From NCBI GenBank assembly GCA_002269645.1, contig NIVC01004597.1:1-40965 (forward strand): a DNA stretch of 40,965 nucleotides, in the 5' to 3' direction. The DNA is from Macrostomum lignano (taxonomy: Eukaryota). A model generated the notes under the pieces. The model had not been told where the DNA came from and did not search any database. It saw nothing but the letters and a program-made list of their open reading frames with translations. Shown here piece by piece: positions 35,614-40,965 of the stretch; position 1 is the stretch's first letter, and every line of letters begins with the position of its first letter. The translations under genes and the position numbers were made by a program.

Positions 35614-36360
35614 AGGAGGATTGTTAGATGTTCAAAAAGGATTAACAAGCTTACCACCAATCTTTACTACTGGAAGGTATACAGGGGAACTACACCTACC
35701 ATCAATGAACTTCACAGGTTAACCCGTGGCCTGAGTGAGGAAGAATGTCCTTGCTAGTCACTATTTGTGGCGACATCTCCAAATTGCGTGAAACCCGTCA
35801 TACAGCTTCAAGTACCACTTCAATTGAGAAATCTTTTGAAGGAACAGAGGTAACTCCTCTTCCCAAAGGTAAAAGCTTGAAGACACGGTGGCAATGCGCA
35901 GCCAAGCTCCTAAGTATTTTAAATATAAGGAGAAGGTTCAGAGAGCAGACGGAGATGGGCGGTAATTATCGCCGCTTAAGGTGTGCTCCAGCCTCTTTCG
36001 AAAGATTGAGGGTAAACTACCCGGCACTCGCTTAGATTTGAGATTAAATCCTGACAATACTCCAAAAGCCGATTCAATTCCATAAATGGATTGATTGGTT
36101 AGCATACTATCATGACTTAGCATACAGAGATGCTGATAAGAACCACCCGAGGAAGCATTAAGATTAAAACATGAAGCCGATCAAAAAATGATTCAAGGAT
36201 TAGATAACTTGCAGGGATTATCGGTAGGTCAAAAATTAACTAGGTGGATGGTTAAAAAGATTTTGCAGTCTAAAGTTAAATTTGGTTTGGGAATTAATTA
36301 TAATCAACATGGAAATAATTGTGTTGAGTGTTTGTTGTTAAGTGGCGGGGTTAAGTTCTG
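35573..36360 (+). CDS. Parvovirus-type phospholipase A2 (PLA2X), interrupted by a group I intron; probably continues into the integrase
   Basis: Exon 1 (35573-35719) ends GELHLPSMNFTG. Exon 2 (from 36020) reads PGTRLDLRLN...ID..AYYHDLAY...HEAD..M...K.KFGLG, giving the Ca-loop GPG and catalytic HD. Two small frameshifts occur at about 36082 and 36148. Confidence 0.88.
35720..36019 (+). ncRNA. Group I intron (ribozyme), subgroup IC1, 300 nt, no internal ORF
   Basis: P1: exon CAGGU with IGS GCCUG (35729-33), U.G at the splice site. P2: 35735-41/35748-54. P2.1: 35757-61/35767-71. P3: CAUCUCC 35774-80/GGAGAUG 35951-57. P4: UUGCGU 35784-89/GCGCAG 35896-901. P5abc with a GAAA loop. P7: GAGAGCA 35941-47/UGCUCC 35984-89. 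P8: GGCGGU/AUCGCC. P9 has a GAAA tetraloop. P9.0: AG 35990-91/CU 36017-18. Confidence 0.93.
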
Positions 36361-37150
36361 ATGAGGCAAAGATTCTTCATAAAGAATATCGAAAACCTAA
36401 ATTTTATAGAAAAATCATGAACTTCAAAAAGAATGAAATTTGGTATGCTGATTTAATGTCGATGCCGAACGAGAGGATATAAATATATCTTAACCATATT
36501 AGATGGTTTTACTCGATACGCGTGGGCTGTTCCTTTAAATCCAAAAAGGAGAGGAGGTTGCTGCTGCTTTTAGAAGTCTTGGAGAAAAAAGCGAACGTTG
36601 TGTGTTGACGAAGGAAAAGAATTTTACAATCCTCATATGTATAAATTATATCATTTTGAAAAAGGACAAGAAAGGAAAAAAGACGCGAATGGGGAGTATA
36701 TTAATAAAATTTATTCTATTTATGGAGAGAGTAAAAACGCATTAATAGAAAGATTTAATCGAACTTTAGGTAAGAAATTGTGGTTTCAGTTTAGTCTTAA
36801 TGGTAACCAAAAATGGGTAAAAATATTACCAGACGTTGTAAAGATTATAACAATTCATATCATTCGGCGATAAAGATGGCTCCTCAACAAGCTTATAACA
36901 ATCCTGAAAACGTTAGGGTTACTTTTGGAGATTTGAAAAAAATAAAAAAAATCTTTTAAGGTTGGTGATTCTGTTTATATCTATAAATGGAAAGATAAGT
37001 TTGAAAAAGGAAGAAAAGGATATTGGAAGATAAGTGAGAAATTTACTATCAGTAAAGTTTTAAATACCAATCCTACAACCTATATAATTGCTGATAAGGA
37101 CGGTGAAGAAATATTGGGTTCTTTTATGAGAACCAGATAATATCTGCGAA
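36345..37150 (+). CDS. int: Retroviral-like (rve) DDE integrase, with multiple frameshifts
   Basis: AKILHK..RK, WYADL (D), YILTILDGFTRYAWAVPL, CVDEGKEFYN (D), KNALIERFNRTL (E), YNNSYHSAIKMAP, and FKVGD...FEKG..GYW..EKFTI. Confidence 0.9.
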
Positions 37151-37331
37151 CTAAGTTCGAAACAGTTACTTAGACAACATGGTAGTAAATTTTTTATAAC
37201 AAACAAAAACAATATTATTACTATAATTGTTACTAATATTATTATTGACATTTGTTCAACTGTTATCAAACTTAAATTTTCATTAAGTTCATTAATTGGA
37301 CATTTCCGATGTAGGAATAGTTTACCTTCAT
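37130..37331 (-). CDS. Small single-pass membrane protein (accessory), probably frameshifted at the N-terminus
   Basis: Hydrophobic stretch MSIIILVTIIVIILFLFVI followed by K and Cys residues; AAAAATG at about 37331. Confidence 0.35.
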
Positions 37332-37453
37332 TTTTTTATATATATTTTTCACAATAAATGTCGTTTCTGTTATAGAATAATAGTTCATTTTTTAAATATT
37401 TTTTTCACATAAAAATTTCACTTTCATTCTCTGAATCACTGGTTTCATATGAA

Positions 37454-37750
37454 CTATAGAATCGAATCACTGGTTTCATATGAACTATTTGTTGATTCGG
37501 AATCTGTTGATCTAACCTCCCAATCATCCGAATTTAAATAATCTCCAAGTTGAAATATTAACTCACCCTCTTGTTCTAAATCATACATCTCATCTAGCTC
37601 TAATGGATAAAGTTTTAGGTCGTGCTTGTCGTCATATTTTAAATAAACTTCATCAATTATTCCATTCAAAATATGTTGTTTTATTATCTCTGCATTTTTA
37701 GCAACAGTCTCAAAAGTATCACTAACAGAAAAGGTGTAAACTCGGGTCAT
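37454..37750 (-). CDS. Acidic hypothetical protein (98 aa) next to the right TIR
   Basis: Clean ORF with TAAAAATG start context. Confidence 0.55.
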   Translation of the reverse strand: MTRVYTFSVSDTFETVAKNAEIIKQHILNGIIDEVYLKYDDKHDLKLYPLELDEMYDLEQEGELIFQLGDYLNSDDWEVRSTDSESTNSSYETSDSIL

Positions 37751-37767
37751 TTTTAGTAACAGAAAAA

Positions 37768-38073
37768 GACCCTTCGCGCCTGCGGCGCGGGCAAGGGGTT
37801 ATAGAGTAGTAGTATAGAAAAAGACGCTTCTAGATCAGACCTTATTTTAATGACCGTTTGTAAGGTCTTAAGAGGGGGGACGCGAGGGGGTGTTGGGGAG
37901 TGTTTGGAAGTGTTGGGAAGTGATTTTTATTGTTAGGGGTGATTATGGGTGATTAGATGTGTTAAGGGTGTTTAGATGTGTTTTTTTATTTACCCCCGTG
38001 TCCCCCCTCTAGACCCTTAAAACGGTCATTAAAAAAGTGCTCTGGGTCTAGAAGCGTCTTTTTCTATACTACT
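37768..38073 (-). repeat. Right TIR of the Polinton
   Basis: Ends ...GAAGCGTCTTTTTCTATACTACT at 38073. Confidence 0.93.
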
Positions 38074-38171
38074 ATCGGCCGAGGTTTTTGCTTTTTTATT
38101 CGATGCTTTCAAGTATCTGTTGAAAGACTTTCGTGAATGTGCTTCAGTGCAGTTCTTGAAGGCAATGTCAA

Positions 38172-38605
38172 TCAGATTCTCAGTTGCTGGGCCAGCCTCC
38201 TAAATCCTCAGTTGCTGGGCCAGCCTCCAGATCCTCAGTTGCTGGGCCAGCCTCCCAGATCCTCAGTTGCTGGCCAGCCTCCCAGATCCTCAGTTGCTGG
38301 GCCAGCCTCACAGATCCTCAGTTGCTGGGCCAGCCTCTCAGATCCCCAGTTGCTGGGCCAGCCTCCCAGATCCTCAGTTGCTGGGCCAGCCTCACAGATC
38401 CTCAGTTGCTGGGCCAGCCTCACAGATCCTCAGTTGCTGGGCCAGCCTCTCATATCCCCAGTTGCTGGGCCAGCCTCCCAGATCCTCAGTTGCTGGGCCA
38501 GCCTCACAGATCCTTAGTTGCTGGGCCAGCCTCACAGATCCCAGTTGCTGGGCCAGCCTCCCAGATCCTCAGTTGCTGTGCCAGTCTCACAGATCCTCAG
38601 TTACT
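38172..38605. repeat. 28-bp tandem repeat, about 15 copies
   Basis: Unit AGATCCTCAGTTGCTGGGCCAGCCTCMC. Confidence 0.93.
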
Positions 38606-38831
38606 CGTCAAATATTGTAACTTGTATATTTCACGATGCAAGTATTATTAATATTAATATTCTATCCGTTTATTTCAGGCATAAAGCAGCTCCAAAGCAT
38701 TTTTTACTCCAAGCCTGGGGTGGGGGCATTGTGAAAAGCGGGAAATTCACAGTTTCACTTGAAAACGCCAACTCCCTAAATCCTCAAGGCATCATCGGGC
38801 GACTGGCTGTGCAGCAGGCGGGCCTTGCGCT

Positions 38832-39756
38832 CTAGGCAGCTGCAGAACGAGTCCAAGCACACCGAAATAAAGAACATGAGAGGAAGAAGTTGTGCGCTGA
38901 ATTCAGCGTCAATAGCAGGTCGGTGACCTCGCGGGCGATCCGCTGTGCGTCTGTGCTGACCTCGTGATAGCCGAGGCCGTACAGAGTCATGGCCGCGTCG
39001 GGCAGGGCGAACACTATGAAGATGCAGATCACGATGATGAGCATGAGGGTGATGCGGTTCCGTGCAGCCAGTCGCCTGTTCGCCCTGGTCCGTCGCACGT
39101 TGACGATGATGCAGGCGTTCAGCACGATCAACAGCGCCAGAGGGCGATGCAGCGGAAGCTGGACTGGAAAATTGAATAGGCCCCGGCGAAGTGATTCTTC
39201 CACAGGTCCGTCACGTTCAAAGTGTAGCCACCGTCAATCGCTGGCACCTTGCGGTAGCGCAGGCCGATTGGCACGGTGAGCAGCAGGACGGTCAGGCCGA
39301 TCACTAGGCACGCCGTAGTCGCCTTGGCAACGGTGAGACGCCGCGACACTCCGTCGGATACACAATCATTAGGAAGCGTTCGAAAGCGACTGCCACGGTC
39401 ATCCAGGCTGCCACAGAGGAAGAATACTGCGACAGGAAGTAGCCGAACTGGTAGTAGTTGACGTAGATAAAACTGTCGCCACCGACGGTGAAGTACTTGC
39501 ACAGTACGCTGGCGGTGTACATGAGATCGTTGATCAGCTTGATGAGGTCTCCGAATGCTAGCACCAGCAGGTAGATGTTAGTTGAAGTTCTCATCTTGGG
39601 CTTGACGAACACCATCAGGCAGAGAGTGTTGCCGGCGATGCCCAGTAGGCAGGCCAGCGGCATCAGGCCCGTGCCGATCACCAGCTGCACTATGGAATAG
39701 GCGCTGCTCTCGTCGCCATTGTCCGAGCTTCTGTTACTGTCGATCGGTGCCAGCAT
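38832..39756 (-). CDS. Rhodopsin-class peptide GPCR (FMRFamide-receptor-like), intronless, with two apparent frameshifts
   Basis: GIAGNTLCLMVF...MRTSTNIYLLVLAFGDL, AWMTVAVAFERF..IVYP, TLMLIIVICIFIVFALP and LLTLNSAHNFFL lie in three successive frames. Confidence 0.8.
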
Positions 39757-40729
39757 GGCTCCCAGAGCTTTCTCAAAGGCTAATTACTGTAGTTAGGAAT
39801 ATCGTGACTGCGGCAGAGTCTCCTGTTGATGCTTTATTTTATAGTCGAGCCGCCATTCGTCTTACGAGCTCAAATCCTAGTGCTCCTGCAGATTCCATTG
39901 GCTCGCATTTAGACTTGGGGACTTTCTATACTTGCTCTCCCTCCCAATGCCCGTCAGGCTGTCGATCTGCCTTGCTCAGTTAGGCCTGAATCCGCCCCGC
40001 GGCCTGCAAGCTACTCGTATATCTTTTCCGAGGCGATTCTTAGTTTCGTTAATTATCAGGCGCATGCTTTTAGAATAGCCGACTTGTGATTACAGATTCA
40101 ATTTCCGTATTACTCGTAATCTCTGTTCAGACGTTACTGGGCGCTTTGATGTCAGTTGCAGTCGTACTCCTTCCTGCACTGCGCTGGATCGGGAGAACAG
40201 CGTCTTCTTTGAGCTCGGTTCAATTAAGCGGTGCTGTTGAACACGACATCCACGCTAGGTTTAGAATTTCTGCTTTCATCGCCCAGCCGGGAACGTGAAT
40301 TAATTGAATTTAGTGAACTCTGTGATTCTCTCATGTCTGACATGCAGCCCCATGGCTTGTTTATCTTTCTCATTATCCGATATATGCCTTTGATTAGACA
40401 TTGGACATAGTGCAGCAGGTGTTCAAGGCGCCGAATACATTCTAGCTACTTATTAATTAAATCCTGTTCTTTCGTCTCTCTACGCAGCACAAAACAGTTG
40501 ATTAGACAGTGGCTCTCGTAGCAACTAGCTAACTGAAATTCCTCATACTTCGTATTTCAAAGGTGTTATTTTCCAAGCGACTACACTCGAATCTCACTTA
40601 ATCAATTATTTAATATTCGAGATTCGCTAGCGAAGAGCCATTATTAGTGATGAACATGAAAGACAAGTGACGAACACAGCACCCTTAGACCTTAGTAGTA
40701 GTATATTGGTTTTTTCAGCCTAACTGAGA

Positions 40730-40935
40730 ATAAAGCCATCCAAAGAGAATCCTGCCTACGCTGACTGCGAAGGGCCTGGCTGCGTGCAGCCTTAGTCTAT
40801 GGGCCATAGACTATAAAGGATAAGCAAAGTGATAAAAAGCCATCCAATGTGAGAATCCTGCCTACGCTGAATACGAAGGGCCTGGCTGCGTGCAGCCTAG
40901 TCTATGAGCCATAGACTATAAAGGACAAGCAAAAT
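40730..40935. repeat. Two tandem copies of a hairpin-rich unit, about 106 bp
   Basis: GAGAATCCTGCCTACGCTGA...GGCTGCGTGCAGCC..TAGTCTATG.GCCATAGACTATAAAGGA starts at 40745 and 40851. Confidence 0.8.
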
Positions 40936-40965
40936 AAAAGAATACGACGCACAGACCAATCGATT

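Larger units (their letters stand above)
20304..38073. mobile_element. Polinton/Maverick (adintovirus-like endogenous dsDNA virus), 17,770 bp, near complete
   Basis: Termini AGTAGT...ACTACT with about 307-bp TIRs enclose pPolB, MCP, mCP, ATPase, cysteine protease, rve integrase and PLA2. The genes are AT-rich and tightly packed. Confidence 0.97.

Noticed and set aside
35716-36022. The PLA2 insert as a spliceosomal intron (CAG|GT) or a piggyBac-like insertion (TTAA-CCC...GGG-TAA)
   Set aside because: There is no AG at the position needed to restore GPG and there are no TIRs, while the full group I core explains the sequence.
38137-38651. QLLGQP/SSVAGP repeat ORFs
   Set aside because: The 28-bp unit cycles through all frames, as expected of a non-coding minisatellite.
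40745-40920. Hammerhead ribozyme in the duplicated unit (CTGA..CGAA)
   Set aside because: It lacks the CUGAnGA and GAAA core boxes in the correct arrangement on either strand.

Overview
Eukaryotic (animal) nuclear DNA. Composition and gene style suggest a flatworm such as Macrostomum, but this is an inference and is not verified. The left half holds an intronless ACBD4/5-like gene (2017-3354, minus), a five-exon DPH6 gene with C-terminal RidA/YjgF-like domains (5552-9984, minus), two tRNA-derived SINEs, several minisatellites, a MITE, and a truncated PHD/FLYWCH MULE transposase. From 20304 to 38073 lies a near-complete 17.8-kb Polinton/Maverick (adintovirus-like) endogenous DNA virus with AGTAGT-type TIRs. 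It encodes pPolB, major and minor capsid proteins, an A32/FtsK-like ATPase, an adenain-like protease, a lectin-tipped fibre, membrane-active proteins, PLA2 and an rve integrase. A frameshifted peptide GPCR gene follows. The top finding is a 300-nt group I intron of subgroup IC1 (35720-36019), with P1, P2, P2.1, P3, P4, P5abc, P7, P8, P9 and P9.0 readable in the sequence and compensatory changes in P7. It interrupts the conserved NFTG|PGT loop of the viral PLA2 (probably PLA2-integrase) gene, appears to end in A rather than the usual terminal G, and sits just downstream of a free-standing HNH endonuclease gene, suggesting an intron-plus-homing-nuclease system inside an animal endogenous virus. 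Other unusual features are TIRs that each contain a second inward-facing copy of the terminus, and a family of GC-rich double-hairpin micro-insertions. Most frameshifts are 1-bp losses in homopolymer runs and may be assembly errors.
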